Shown: positions 1 to 9,682 of the stretch, one piece after another
How positions within the stretch are numbered: the stretch's first letter is position 1
How the letters are laid out: each line of letters opens with the position of its first letter
Assembly: GCA_026416665.1 (NCBI GenBank)
Contig: JAOAET010000041.1
Location: 10,425 to 74,424, forward strand
DNA from: Candidatus Omnitrophota bacterium
Lineage (GTDB): Bacteria > Omnitrophota > Gorgyraeia > Gygaellales > Profunditerraquicolaceae
Length of the DNA stretch: 64,000 bases
Reading direction: 5' to 3'
Made by a program: the position numbers and the translations under genes
Notes under the pieces: model-generated
Database searches by the model: none
The model's input: only the letters and a program-made list of their open reading frames with translations
What the model was told of the DNA's origin: nothing

Positions 1-1
1 T

Positions 2-475
2 CAAGCTTGTGTTTTAGTCTGCCCTAAAGGCGCAATAACACTAAATCAACAGAAGGCCACAGTAGACCAGAGGCTTTGTATTGGTTGCGCCAGTTGTATT
101 GCTGCATGTCGCTATCGAGCAATTGATGTCCCCTGGGAAAGTGGTGCAGATATTATACAAGAAAAGATGGTAGAATACGCCAATGCTGTTTTATCAAGAA
201 AGAAAGACAAAGCTGTTTTTATAAATTTTTGTCTAAAGATTACCGCTGAATGTGACTGCATTGCTAAAGATGATCCTGCGTTACTGCCAGATGTAGGAAT
301 TTTAGCAAGCAGTGATCCTGTGGCAGTGGATAAGGCAAGTATGGATTGTTGTATAGAATTAGCTGGTTATGATATTTTTAAGAAGGCACATCCCAAAAGA
401 GACGGTTTAAAACAGTTAATATATGCTGAAAAAATTGGTCTAGGGACGACCACTTATGAGCTAGTTCGTCTATAG
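2..475 (+). CDS. DUF362-family Fe-S protein with 4Fe-4S dicluster domain (5' truncated by window)
   Basis: Frame is open from base 2: QACVLVCPKGAI...CIGCASCIAACR ferredoxin motifs, then ECDC and DVGILASSDPVAVD typical of the DUF362 C-terminus. The ORF-track start at 167 is internal. Confidence 0.8.
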   Translation, partial: QACVLVCPKGAITLNQQKATVDQRLCIGCASCIAACRYRAIDVPWESGADIIQEKMVEYANAVLSRKKDKAVFINFCLKITAECDCIAKDDPALLPDVGILASSDPVAVDKASMDCCIELAGYDIFKKAHPKRDGLKQLIYAEKIGLGTTTYELVRL

Positions 476-550
476 TTATTTATTATAGAGTTTTAGAGAC
501 ATTTGTGTTAAAATCAAATTGGTTCTCAGACAAAAGAAGAAAAAAGGCTA

Positions 551-1249
551 ATGAAGAGATTTTTGATTTTCGCAGGAATTATTGGTTCTGCGATTGGTAT
601 TTGGGTATGGGTATATTTCTTTCAGCAGGGACTGTTTTTCTTTCCACAAGAATCTTTTAACAAAAATCTGGAATTGAATTCAGAGATTAGAGCGAAATTG
701 GCCTATTTTCTAATGACCAGACTTAACTTATTAGAGGGTAAATTTGAGATCATTGACATAGTAGGTCTAAATGTCAAAGGTTTAGTTGGGGAAGATTATT
801 TTCTGGTAACCTTACGTGGTCCGGATGGAAGATTATATCAATTGACAATACAAAGAGGTTCACAGACTGCTTTTGAATGGCAGATAAACGAGGCAAGTTT
901 ACAACAAATTAACCTCACAGAATATAATGAGAATATAACAGATGAACACTTTTTTTCTTTTACGGATATGCTAAAAGAGAACGAAAAAGAAAAAAGATGG
1001 TTTAGTCTAATAGATGCATTTGCGCAGAAACAGCTTAAGAAGGAAGCAGATTTTTTATTTTTACAGCAACCAGTTGAACTTACCACAGAATCTTCTGTTG
1101 AAATAAATAACAAGAAAAACATTGGTTTTACCCCAACAATAGTCAATAATGTTGGACCTGATTCCATTTGGGTTATAGATTATCCTAAAGGTATAATTGG
1201 TCCGGGTTATAGGTCATATCTCTATCAGAAGATAAAAGGACAGAGGTAG
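551..1249 (+). CDS. Hypothetical protein with N-terminal membrane anchor
   Basis: 232-aa ORF with a hydrophobic N-terminus; no family recognised. Confidence 0.6.
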   Translation: MKRFLIFAGIIGSAIGIWVWVYFFQQGLFFFPQESFNKNLELNSEIRAKLAYFLMTRLNLLEGKFEIIDIVGLNVKGLVGEDYFLVTLRGPDGRLYQLTIQRGSQTAFEWQINEASLQQINLTEYNENITDEHFFSFTDMLKENEKEKRWFSLIDAFAQKQLKKEADFLFLQQPVELTTESSVEINNKKNIGFTPTIVNNVGPDSIWVIDYPKGIIGPGYRSYLYQKIKGQR

Positions 1250-1252
1250 ATT

Positions 1253-1534
1253 ATGGATAAAAAAAGATTGTCTTTTATTACGGTGATTGGTAAAGATAAA
1301 AAGGGAATTGTTGCCCGTATTGCGAATTTGCTTTACAGAAATAATATTAATATTGAGGATATCTCGCAAAAAATTATGGAAGGGTTTTTTGTTATGGCTA
1401 TGTTAGTGGACATGGCCGATTGTAAGAAAGACAGAGCTGTTTTTGCAAAAGAGTTAAAGAATTTGGGTGAGAAGATGGGTTTAACTGTTCAGATTCAGGA
1501 TGAGGAAATTTTTAAGAGAATGCATAGGATATAA
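1253..1534 (+). CDS. ACT domain protein (UPF0237-like)
   Basis: ITVIGKDKKGIVA...NIEDISQ...IFKRMHRI; lies next to a UPF0210 gene, the usual arrangement. Confidence 0.9.
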   Translation: MDKKRLSFITVIGKDKKGIVARIANLLYRNNINIEDISQKIMEGFFVMAMLVDMADCKKDRAVFAKELKNLGEKMGLTVQIQDEEIFKRMHRI

Positions 1535-1536
1535 AA

Positions 1537-2895
1537 ATGGCACTTACTGTAGAAGAGGTTTTTGAAACAGCTAGGATGATTATACATCAAAACTTAGATA
1601 TTCGTACAGCCACGCTTTCTTTAAATCTACGCGATTGTGTGCACTCTGATTTTCAAATTTTTTTAAGAAGGGTTAAAAATAAAATTATTACTGTGGGGAG
1701 AAAACTTGTTCAACAAGCAGAGGTTATTGAACAAAAATACGGCATCCCCATTGTAAATAAGAGGATTGCGGTAACACCGGTTACGCTGTTACTAAATAGC
1801 AATGCCAGTAAAAAAGATTTCTTAAAGTTTGCAAAAACACTGGATTATGCATCACAGTTAGCTGGTATTGATTTTATTGGAGGTTTTGGTGGTTTTTGTC
1901 AGAAGCGGATAACTAAAAGTATTTCTACCTTACTTGATTGTTTACCTGAAGTGTTGGCACAAACAAATAGGGTTTGTTCCTTTCTGAATGTTGGAACAAC
2001 CACCAGCGGATTAAATATAGACGTCATTAACTTATTAGGACCAATGCTTAAGGCTACGGCAGCTAAAAGTCGAAATGGTGTTGGGTGTGCAAAGTTTGTA
2101 GTTTTTGTTAATGCACCTGAAGATAATCCCTTTATGGCTGGTGCCTTTTGTGGTCCGGGTGAGCCAGATGCAGCACTAAATATAGGTATTAGTGGACCTG
2201 GGGTGGTTAGGTCAGTCATAGAGAAAAATAAAGATTGTGACTTAATAGAGTTATCAGACATTATAAAACGAACTGTCTTCAAAATAACCCGCGCAGGAGA
2301 ACTTATTGGAAAGGAAATTGCTACGCAGTTAGGTGTTCCTTTTGGTATTGTGGATATCTCACTTGCTTCCACTACTAAAGCAGGTGACTCTGTAGCCAAG
2401 GCTTTAGAGGCAATGGGTATAGAATCCTTTGGAGCACCAGGGTCAACTTTAGCGGTAGCGTTACTTATGGATGCAGTGAAAAAAGGCGGGGCAATGGCTT
2501 CTAGCTGTGTTGGCGGTTTAAGTGGAACATTTCTGCCAGTTAGTGAAGACAGCGCAATGGTAGAAGCAGTAAAACGTGGGTCTTTAAGTTTAGAAAAGTT
2601 AGAGGCATTGAGTGCAGTTTGTTCAGTTGGATTAGATATGGTAGCAATTCCGGGTTCTACAGATGCCAATACCATAAGTGCCATTATTGCTGATGAGCTT
2701 GCAATAGGGATTATTAATAACAAAACAACCGCAGTGCGTATTCTTCCTATTCCCCGAAAAAAAGTAGGTAGTATTGTGCATTTAGGTGGATTACTAGGTA
2801 CAGCTATTGTTATGCCTGTAAAAAAATGGAGTGCCAAAAATTTTCTAAAAAGAGGAGGCAGGCTACCTGCGCCCTTGATTGGTTTGCGTAATTAG
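1537..2895 (+). CDS. PFL-like UPF0210 (DUF711) family protein
   Basis: LDIRT, GIPIVNKRIAVTP, NAPEDNPFMAGAF, GISGPGVV, GGLSGTFLPVSED, VCSVGLDM motifs. Confidence 0.92.
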   Translation: MALTVEEVFETARMIIHQNLDIRTATLSLNLRDCVHSDFQIFLRRVKNKIITVGRKLVQQAEVIEQKYGIPIVNKRIAVTPVTLLLNSNASKKDFLKFAKTLDYASQLAGIDFIGGFGGFCQKRITKSISTLLDCLPEVLAQTNRVCSFLNVGTTTSGLNIDVINLLGPMLKATAAKSRNGVGCAKFVVFVNAPEDNPFMAGAFCGPGEPDAALNIGISGPGVVRSVIEKNKDCDLIELSDIIKRTVFKITRAGELIGKEIATQLGVPFGIVDISLASTTKAGDSVAKALEAMGIESFGAPGSTLAVALLMDAVKKGGAMASSCVGGLSGTFLPVSEDSAMVEAVKRGSLSLEKLEALSAVCSVGLDMVAIPGSTDANTISAIIADELAIGIINNKTTAVRILPIPRKKVGSIVHLGGLLGTAIVMPVKKWSAKNFLKRGGRLPAPLIGLRN

Positions 2896-2985
2896 TGCTC
2901 GTTTAAGGTTTATTTTTAAGATAAAAAATATCTATCAGTCAATCACCTTTCCAAAAGTAAATAAAAATTTTTCAATAGTGCGAAA

Positions 2986-3819
2986 ATGAAAACTGAATCT
3001 TCGGACCTAATTTTTGACACCCAGAGTAATCTCTTTTATCGTCGATGGCTTACTGAAAAAAGCCAGGCTTGTTTATTGTTAGTGCATGGTTTATTTGCGC
3101 ATTCTGGAAGATGGCAGCCTTTGGCTGAGTATTTTTTAAATAAAGGGGTTTCTTCTTATGCCTTAGATTTAGAAGGATTTGGGGCAACAAAAGGCAGAAG
3201 AGGTGATATTGAGTCTTTCGAAGTATATTTTGAACAGATTAGGCAGTTGCAGAAAATTATTGCCACTTGTATGCAGCAGTTACCCACTTTTCTTGTTGGA
3301 GAAAGCTTTGGAGGATTATTGGCTTATCTTTTTAGTTATCGTTATGCTAGGCTTTTTAAAGGGTTAATATGCCTATCGCCGGCGTTTAGTGTAAAATTAC
3401 AAATAAGTTGGTGGGAATACACCAGGGTATTTTTACATTTCTTTATTAATCCTCAGAGACAATTTAGACTCAGATTAGCAGGAGATATGTGTACACGAGA
3501 TCCTGAATTTCAAGAACAGATAGATAACGACATTTTGGGACACAATTTTATTAGTGCACGTTTTGTGCTTAATTATTTTACTGCAGAAAGGACTGCTCGT
3601 AACAGCGTTTTTGTAATTCCTATACCTGTTTTATTTCTTATTGCAGGAAACGACCGGATTATTGACCCACATTTTAGTAAGATTGTTTTTTATCGGTTGG
3701 TTTGCGAGGATAAACAGATGATAAAATACCCTGAGATGTATCATGCTTTATCCGTAGAATATGGTAAAGAAAAAGTCTTCGAAGACATTTGGCAATGGAT
3801 AAAAAAACATATTAACTAA
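2986..3819 (+). CDS. Alpha/beta hydrolase, lysophospholipase-like
   Basis: HGLFAHSGRW, nucleophile elbow GESFGG, catalytic Asp (GNDRII) and His (MYHAL). Confidence 0.88.
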   Translation: MKTESSDLIFDTQSNLFYRRWLTEKSQACLLLVHGLFAHSGRWQPLAEYFLNKGVSSYALDLEGFGATKGRRGDIESFEVYFEQIRQLQKIIATCMQQLPTFLVGESFGGLLAYLFSYRYARLFKGLICLSPAFSVKLQISWWEYTRVFLHFFINPQRQFRLRLAGDMCTRDPEFQEQIDNDILGHNFISARFVLNYFTAERTARNSVFVIPIPVLFLIAGNDRIIDPHFSKIVFYRLVCEDKQMIKYPEMYHALSVEYGKEKVFEDIWQWIKKHIN

Positions 3820-3843
3820 TATTTTTTAAAATAAGGAAATTTA

Positions 3844-3852
3844 TGTTAGAAT
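3844..3852 (+). promoter_or_regulatory. Extended -10 promoter (TG-T-TAGAAT), probable leaderless start of pgi
   Basis: TGnTAGAAT ends 6 nt before ATG 3859. Confidence 0.5.
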
Positions 3853-3858
3853 AACGCT

Positions 3859-5331
3859 ATGGAAAAAATTCGTTTTGACTTTAACAATATGTTTGATTTT
3901 AATATAGGTTCTCAACATGGCGTGCGTATGTCTGAGATAGCTAAAATGAAAAAAAAGATTTCCTCTGCAGACGCACATTTAAGAAAAGTAATTTCGTCAG
4001 AAAAGGATCGGATAAATCTTGGCTTAGAGTGGACACAGTTACCTTTTCAGGATGAAAAAACTATCAAGCAGATAGAGGAATTAGCCAGCCAGATTAGCGC
4101 AGGCTTCGAAAACGTTCTCTTCTTAGGAATAGGAGGATCATATCTAGGCCTAAAAGCAGCACAAGATGCCTTAACTTTTCCTTATTATAATGAATTCGAA
4201 CGCCTACGGAAGAAAAAACCACGCATATATTTTGAGGGTAACAATCTTGACCCCCAGACACTCTATGTGCTTCTTAAACAACTCGAACCCAAAAAGACAT
4301 TCGTAGTAGTTATCTCTAAGTCAGGAGAAACTACTGAGACGAAAGCGGCCTTTTTAGTAGTGCAGGACTGGTTAAAGAAAGCCTTAGGAAGCAGCTATGG
4401 TAGACAAATATTAGCAATTACTGATCCCCTGTCTGGGTCGTTACGTAAATTAGTAGAAGAGGAATCTGCAAAAGATAAACAAAGTTTTCGCAGCCTTCCT
4501 CTTCTGCGCGGGGTAGGTGGTAGATATTCAGAACTAAATATGGGACTTTTACACCTTAGTCTTATCGGGATAGATATACGCCACGTTCTTTCAGGAGCTG
4601 CAGATATGGCTTTACGTTGTCAGAATCGAAATTTATGGAAAAATCCTGCTTATCTTTATGCTACACTGCATACTATTCAATATTTAAATAAACATAAACC
4701 CATCACCATTATTATGCCTTTTTGTGAGGGATTAAAATCTACTGCTGACTGGTATTGCCAATTGCTTGCTGAAAGTACAGGTAAGAAATTTGGCCGTAAA
4801 ATAATTGTGGATAGATCCGGTAACGAGCGCTGGCTAGCGGATACTAAAAAAATAAAAAAAATAGGCAGAACCCCTATTGCTAGCCGTGGGACGAATGATT
4901 TACACTCTATTCAGCAGAACAATATTGAAGGAGAAAATAATAAAACTGTAACTTTTATTCGGGTAGAAAAGTTTGCTTGCGATATAAAGATTCCTAAAAA
5001 CCGTGATTTTCTCTCAGGGCTTTCTTATACCAAATTGTTGTCTTTGGCTCAGGAGGCAACAGAATGGGCATTAGTCAGAGAAAACCGACCTAACTGCACG
5101 GTGATTTTACCACAACTTAGTCCTTATTGTTGGGGTGGTCTTTTATATTTTTTTGAGATGGCTACTGCCTTCGAAGCAGAATTACTGAATGTTAACGCCT
5201 TTGATCAGCCAGGAGTTGAAGGATATAAAAACTATATGTATTATAAACTTAATAAGCCGGGGTTAGCTGAAGAGATTGCTGATGAGATTAGAAAAAATCC
5301 TTTAAAGAAACGTTGCGGTTTTATTATTTAA
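3859..5331 (+). CDS. pgi: Glucose-6-phosphate isomerase
   Basis: GIGGSYLG, ISKSGETTET, VGGRYS, QLLAESTGK, NAFDQPGVEGYK motifs. Confidence 0.93.
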   Translation: MEKIRFDFNNMFDFNIGSQHGVRMSEIAKMKKKISSADAHLRKVISSEKDRINLGLEWTQLPFQDEKTIKQIEELASQISAGFENVLFLGIGGSYLGLKAAQDALTFPYYNEFERLRKKKPRIYFEGNNLDPQTLYVLLKQLEPKKTFVVVISKSGETTETKAAFLVVQDWLKKALGSSYGRQILAITDPLSGSLRKLVEEESAKDKQSFRSLPLLRGVGGRYSELNMGLLHLSLIGIDIRHVLSGAADMALRCQNRNLWKNPAYLYATLHTIQYLNKHKPITIIMPFCEGLKSTADWYCQLLAESTGKKFGRKIIVDRSGNERWLADTKKIKKIGRTPIASRGTNDLHSIQQNNIEGENNKTVTFIRVEKFACDIKIPKNRDFLSGLSYTKLLSLAQEATEWALVRENRPNCTVILPQLSPYCWGGLLYFFEMATAFEAELLNVNAFDQPGVEGYKNYMYYKLNKPGLAEEIADEIRKNPLKKRCGFII

Positions 5332-5340
5332 AAGAAAGAT

Positions 5341-5706
5341 ATGGCGTTTAAAGTTCTTGTAGTGGATGATGAAGAAGATATACGTCAGATTATTGCTAAA
5401 CGGCTTAATCAGGAAGGTTTTGTTGTTTTTACAGCAGGAGATGGTTTTGAGGGTCTGTCTTTGGCAAAAAGAGAAATTCCTTCTTTGATTCTTTTAGATG
5501 TTGTTATGCCTTACTGTGATGGTTTTACTATGTTAAAAGAATTACAAAAAGATGAGGTTCTACGTCAAATTCCTGTTATTATGGTAACCGCTAAAGGGCA
5601 TACAGAATCAATATTTGAAGGTCAACGTTTGGGTGTAACAGATTATATTGTAAAACCAATAGACTTCCAGCAACTTCTTCATTATATCCGTAAATACTTG
5701 TATTAA
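5341..5706 (+). CDS. Single-domain response regulator (CheY-like)
   Basis: VLVVDDE, LLDVVMP, MVTAK, YIVKP. Confidence 0.92.
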   Translation: MAFKVLVVDDEEDIRQIIAKRLNQEGFVVFTAGDGFEGLSLAKREIPSLILLDVVMPYCDGFTMLKELQKDEVLRQIPVIMVTAKGHTESIFEGQRLGVTDYIVKPIDFQQLLHYIRKYLY

Positions 5707-5746
5707 TTAGAGGCTTGTTTTCTCCTTAATACTTTCCCTAATAACA

Positions 5747-7000
5747 ATGCTACGGCAATTTATTCCTAATATTTCTCATATACTTCGTGCTTTAAGGTAC
5801 CCTAATTACCGTTTATTCTTTACCGGCCAACTTGTTTCCTTAACAGGAACGTGGATGCAGCATTTGGCAGTAGGCTGGTTGGTATATCGCCTGACTAACT
5901 CTGCTTTTGCCTTAGGGCTAATTGGTTTTACCAGTCAAATAAGTACTTTCTTTATTTCACCTTTTGCAGGTGTGTGGGCCGACCATTGGAATAGGCGCCG
6001 TATTGTTTTGGTTACCCAAAGTCTAGCCATGTTACAGGCATTGGTGCTTGCTATTTTGACACTTTGGGGTAATATTCAAATCTGGCAAATAGTTTTTTTA
6101 AGTCTGTTATTGGGGGTAATTAGTGCCTTTGATATGCCTGTACGCCAGTCATTTACTGTTGACCTTATTGGGAATAAAGATGACCTTGGCAATGCTATTG
6201 CTTTAAATTCATTAGAATTTAACCTTGCACGTTTTATGGGGCCACCACTTGCAGGTATGGTGGTTTCTTGGTCAAATGAAGGGATATGTTTTTTGATAAA
6301 TGCCTTAAGTTACCTAGCTGTGGTCTTAGCACTAATAATTATTAGGACTAATCAACCTATCATTTTCAATAAAAAGAATAATATATTCGGCAGTATGCGA
6401 GAGGGTTTTCAGTATACTTTTAGAACACCAACAATGCGGTTTATCCTTATACTTATGGGAATAGTAAGTTTTGTGGTTATGCCTTATGCAGTATTATTAC
6501 CTGTTTTTGCTAGAGATGTCTTAAGAGGAGATGTCCAGACACTAGGGTATTTAATGGGAGCAGCAGGTTTAGGTGCGTTAACTGGTGCAATATTTTTAGC
6601 CAATAAGAGAACTATTCGCGGGATGGGTAAAATTATTGTTTTAGCTGATATTCTGCTTGCTTGCGGTTTAATAATGTTGTCTCTGTCTAGGACATTTCTT
6701 ATTTCAATAGGGCTTATGCTTTTAATTGGGTTTGGGATTATGATCCATATGGCAGCAAGCAATACTGTTTTACAGACATTGGTTGACGACGATAAACGTG
6801 GTAGAGTGATGAGTTTCTATATTATGGCTTTTATCGGAGTTACCCCTATTGGTAATTTATTAGCTGGTGTTATTGCCCAGCGTTTTGGTGCTCCTTTTAC
6901 AATTTTCTGTGCTGGTTTTATCTGCTTATCGGGTGCAGTATATTTCGGGTCTAAACTTCGTTCCTTATCTTTGGTCATTGATGCCCAGGCAAAAGAGTAA
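5747..7000 (+). CDS. MFS transporter (MFS_3/H+ antiporter-like)
   Basis: About 12 TM segments; NYRLFFTGQLVSLTGTWMQ, GVWADHWNRR, RGRVMS. Confidence 0.9.
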   Translation: MLRQFIPNISHILRALRYPNYRLFFTGQLVSLTGTWMQHLAVGWLVYRLTNSAFALGLIGFTSQISTFFISPFAGVWADHWNRRRIVLVTQSLAMLQALVLAILTLWGNIQIWQIVFLSLLLGVISAFDMPVRQSFTVDLIGNKDDLGNAIALNSLEFNLARFMGPPLAGMVVSWSNEGICFLINALSYLAVVLALIIIRTNQPIIFNKKNNIFGSMREGFQYTFRTPTMRFILILMGIVSFVVMPYAVLLPVFARDVLRGDVQTLGYLMGAAGLGALTGAIFLANKRTIRGMGKIIVLADILLACGLIMLSLSRTFLISIGLMLLIGFGIMIHMAASNTVLQTLVDDDKRGRVMSFYIMAFIGVTPIGNLLAGVIAQRFGAPFTIFCAGFICLSGAVYFGSKLRSLSLVIDAQAKE

Positions 7001-7022
7001 TTTATCAATCTTATGAAGTTGT

Positions 7023-7652
7023 CTAGAATCGTTTTGTTAATATTCCCATTAAAAATACAATAGCAGAAATTATTAAGGCTGTTCCACAGATTGCAATCAT
7101 TATCTTATAAACCTTTTGAGAAATAAGTTTTTTTCCTTGATAACAACCCCAGGCAATACAACTATACCAAGCAAAGTCAGCACTGATATGGCTAATAAAA
7201 AATATCGTAAGACCGACAATTCCTTTCTTCAAACTTGCTAGTACCAGCCCAGCGCCAATAGTTAACCACCAGAAAAGCCAATAAGGATTAGCTAAACTAA
7301 CTGTTAATCCGAGAATAAAAGAATTATTCATTGCTTCTTTTTTGTCTATATTTTCAAAACTAATTTTACTTATTGATATTAACATACTTATTCCCAGCCA
7401 GAAAAGAATAGATGTTCCTAAAAGACCGATGGTGGATATAACCAAGGACATATGTTTTATCTTCGCAACACCTACTGCCAATATAATGACCATGATAAAC
7501 TCTAAGAAGGCATGTCCTAGGCAAATTAAAGGTCCTGACTTAAAGCCTCTTTTTGAACTTTGGGCAATTACCACCGCAAGGAGTGGACCGGGTATAAGCG
7601 CTCCTGACAAGGCTATTAAAAAAGATAACCAGGCAATTTTTAGATATTCCAT
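7023..7652 (-). CDS. LysE-family translocator
   Basis: SGALIPGPL, GHAFLE, ANPYWLFWW, HISADFAWY. Confidence 0.88.
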   Translation of the reverse strand: MEYLKIAWLSFLIALSGALIPGPLLAVVIAQSSKRGFKSGPLICLGHAFLEFIMVIILAVGVAKIKHMSLVISTIGLLGTSILFWLGISMLISISKISFENIDKKEAMNNSFILGLTVSLANPYWLFWWLTIGAGLVLASLKKGIVGLTIFFISHISADFAWYSCIAWGCYQGKKLISQKVYKIMIAICGTALIISAIVFLMGILTKRF

Positions 7653-7658
7653 AATTTT

Positions 7659-7667
7659 ATTATATCA
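7659..7667 (-). promoter_or_regulatory. Extended -10 promoter (TG-A-TATAAT), probable leaderless start of the LysE gene
   Basis: Minus strand reads TGATATAAT-AAAATT-ATG, with no Shine-Dalgarno sequence. Confidence 0.55.
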
Positions 7668-7723
7668 GAATGTTTTTCTTTGCTATATAATATTAATAGA
7701 ACTTTAAAGCAAGAAGGCAGGTA

Positions 7724-8941
7724 TTGCAAAAAAATAGCTATATGCCTGAGCATGTAAAAAGAATAGCTCTGGTTACTGATGATGAAAATTTAAAAAAAAT
7801 TCTGTATTTCTGTTTTGATGGTTGGGGATATGAGGTCTTCCTGTTATCTACAGCAGCTTTGAAGACCAATACTATTAAGAAAATATCTCCAGATGCAATT
7901 GTTATTGACGTAGCAGGTGCACGTAAGGAAGATTTAGCTTTTTGCTTACTTTTGAAACAAGACTTTATTACCGCCTTTATTCCACTTATTACCCTCATTG
8001 ACAAACGACATCTAAGACAAGAACTACTGCATTCTAAATACGGTGTTGATGACTATCTTATTAAACCACCAGACCCCTTAGATCTGAGAGTGCGTATTGA
8101 AATGGCGCTAAAACGGTCACGTTATAATTATTGTTGCCATCCTTTAACAGGTTTACCTGGTTCTCCATTAATTGAAGATGTACTAAATGATTGTATAAAA
8201 AGTAAAAAATCTTTTTTTCTTGGTTATGTTGACATTGACAACTTTAAATTCTATAACGATGTTTATGGCTATCTACGAGGAGATAGAATAATTATGCAAA
8301 CCGCTTATATACTTTACACCTCTTTAAAACACTTTGGAACTAAAAATGATTTTCTAGGACACATAGGCGGTGACGACTTTGTGTTTATAAGCTTTTCAGA
8401 AGATATAGAGCCGATTTGTCGCCACACCATTTTTTTGTTTGATGCCCTTATGCCTTTTCACTACACTAAGGAAGATAGACAGCGAGGTTATATTATTGCT
8501 AAAGACCGCAGGCGTAAATTTATTCAGGTAGGATTAGTTAGTTTATCTATTGCTTTAGTAAACCAGTCTTCTGAGCAACCTGTTCTTAGTATAATACAGA
8601 TAAATGAAAGAATTACAGAGCTTAAACGCTATCTTAAAGAAATACCTGGGTCTAAATTTATGGTTGATCGACGTAATCAGCCGAAGAATAGACAGATAAA
8701 GAATCACGCTCAGGGATTTTTGAAGAAAGATATATTTGGGCAAGTGTATCAACCACTTGGGCAAATCCTGCTAGAAAAAAAATTACTTACCTCTGAACAG
8801 CTGGATGAAGCCTTAAGGATACACTGGCGGCGTGATGTGCCTTTAGGTGATACACTCGTAGAAATGGGCTTGGTCAGCCCAGAACAAATACAAGCAGCTC
8901 TAATTGAACAAAAAGAGCGTTTACTGCCTGTTCTGGATTAG
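7724..8941 (+). CDS. Response regulator-diguanylate cyclase with C-terminal MshEN-like domain
   Basis: REC domain, DIDNFKFYNDVYG, GGDDF, and tandem PLGQILLEKKLLTSEQLDEAL / PLGDTLVEMGLVSPEQIQAALIEQ. Start could be ATG 7742. Confidence 0.82.
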   Translation: MQKNSYMPEHVKRIALVTDDENLKKILYFCFDGWGYEVFLLSTAALKTNTIKKISPDAIVIDVAGARKEDLAFCLLLKQDFITAFIPLITLIDKRHLRQELLHSKYGVDDYLIKPPDPLDLRVRIEMALKRSRYNYCCHPLTGLPGSPLIEDVLNDCIKSKKSFFLGYVDIDNFKFYNDVYGYLRGDRIIMQTAYILYTSLKHFGTKNDFLGHIGGDDFVFISFSEDIEPICRHTIFLFDALMPFHYTKEDRQRGYIIAKDRRRKFIQVGLVSLSIALVNQSSEQPVLSIIQINERITELKRYLKEIPGSKFMVDRRNQPKNRQIKNHAQGFLKKDIFGQVYQPLGQILLEKKLLTSEQLDEALRIHWRRDVPLGDTLVEMGLVSPEQIQAALIEQKERLLPVLD

Positions 8942-8957
8942 TAAAAGGAGAAAGCCA

Positions 8958-9671
8958 ATGTCCTATACACTTTTATTAGTTGACGACGACGCCCAGTTTC
9001 GCGCAGAGTTTGCTGAAAGCTTTTCAGAGTTTTCTACTATTCAGGCAAAAGACGCTCAAGAGGCTTTAGAGATTCTAAGACGGCCTAATTTAATTGACCT
9101 GGTTATTGTTGATGTAAGGCTTCCTTCTATGAATGGTATTGAGTTAATACGGAAGATAAAACAGATAAAACCGGATCTTGGAATAGTTGTTTTAACAGGT
9201 TATAGTTCTAAGGATATAGCTATAGAAGCCCTTAAGGCCCATGTAGATGATTATCTTGAGAAGCCTATTGATATAGAGGTAGCAAAAAAAGTTATCTTAG
9301 AGCTATTGTTACAGCGAAGAGGAAAAGGCTCAAGAAACAACTATTATGAAGACAAAATATCTCAGGCAAAAGAAATTGTTTTACGTAATAGCGATAAAAA
9401 AATAAGCCTCAAAGAAGTAGCAGAGATTATTTGTCTTAGTCCCAAATACTTTAGTAGGCTATTTGAGGAAAAAGCAGGGATGCGTTTTACCGAGTTTCGT
9501 CTTAAGGCAAAAATTGACTATGCCAAGAAGCTGTTGAAGAATAGTTCTAAAACTATTGACCAGATATCTGATGAGTTAGGTTACAAAAATACTGAATCAT
9601 TTATTCGCCAGTTTAAGAAAAGAACCTCTTTTACACCTACAGAATTTAGACAAAAAAAGAAACGTTTTTAA
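8958..9671 (+). CDS. Response regulator with AraC-type HTH (YesN-like)
   Basis: SD AAGGAG precedes ATG 8958, which fits better than TTG 8904. REC domain plus LSPKYFSRLF...LGYKNTESFIRQFKKRTSFTPTEFR. Confidence 0.9.
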   Translation: MSYTLLLVDDDAQFRAEFAESFSEFSTIQAKDAQEALEILRRPNLIDLVIVDVRLPSMNGIELIRKIKQIKPDLGIVVLTGYSSKDIAIEALKAHVDDYLEKPIDIEVAKKVILELLLQRRGKGSRNNYYEDKISQAKEIVLRNSDKKISLKEVAEIICLSPKYFSRLFEEKAGMRFTEFRLKAKIDYAKKLLKNSSKTIDQISDELGYKNTESFIRQFKKRTSFTPTEFRQKKKRF

Positions 9672-9682
9672 GGAGTTTTACA

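Noticed and set aside
1899-2837. 312-aa minus-strand ORF and the other antisense or nested ORFs in the track
   Set aside because: They are shadows of well-supported genes on the opposite strand or frame, with no motifs or start signals.
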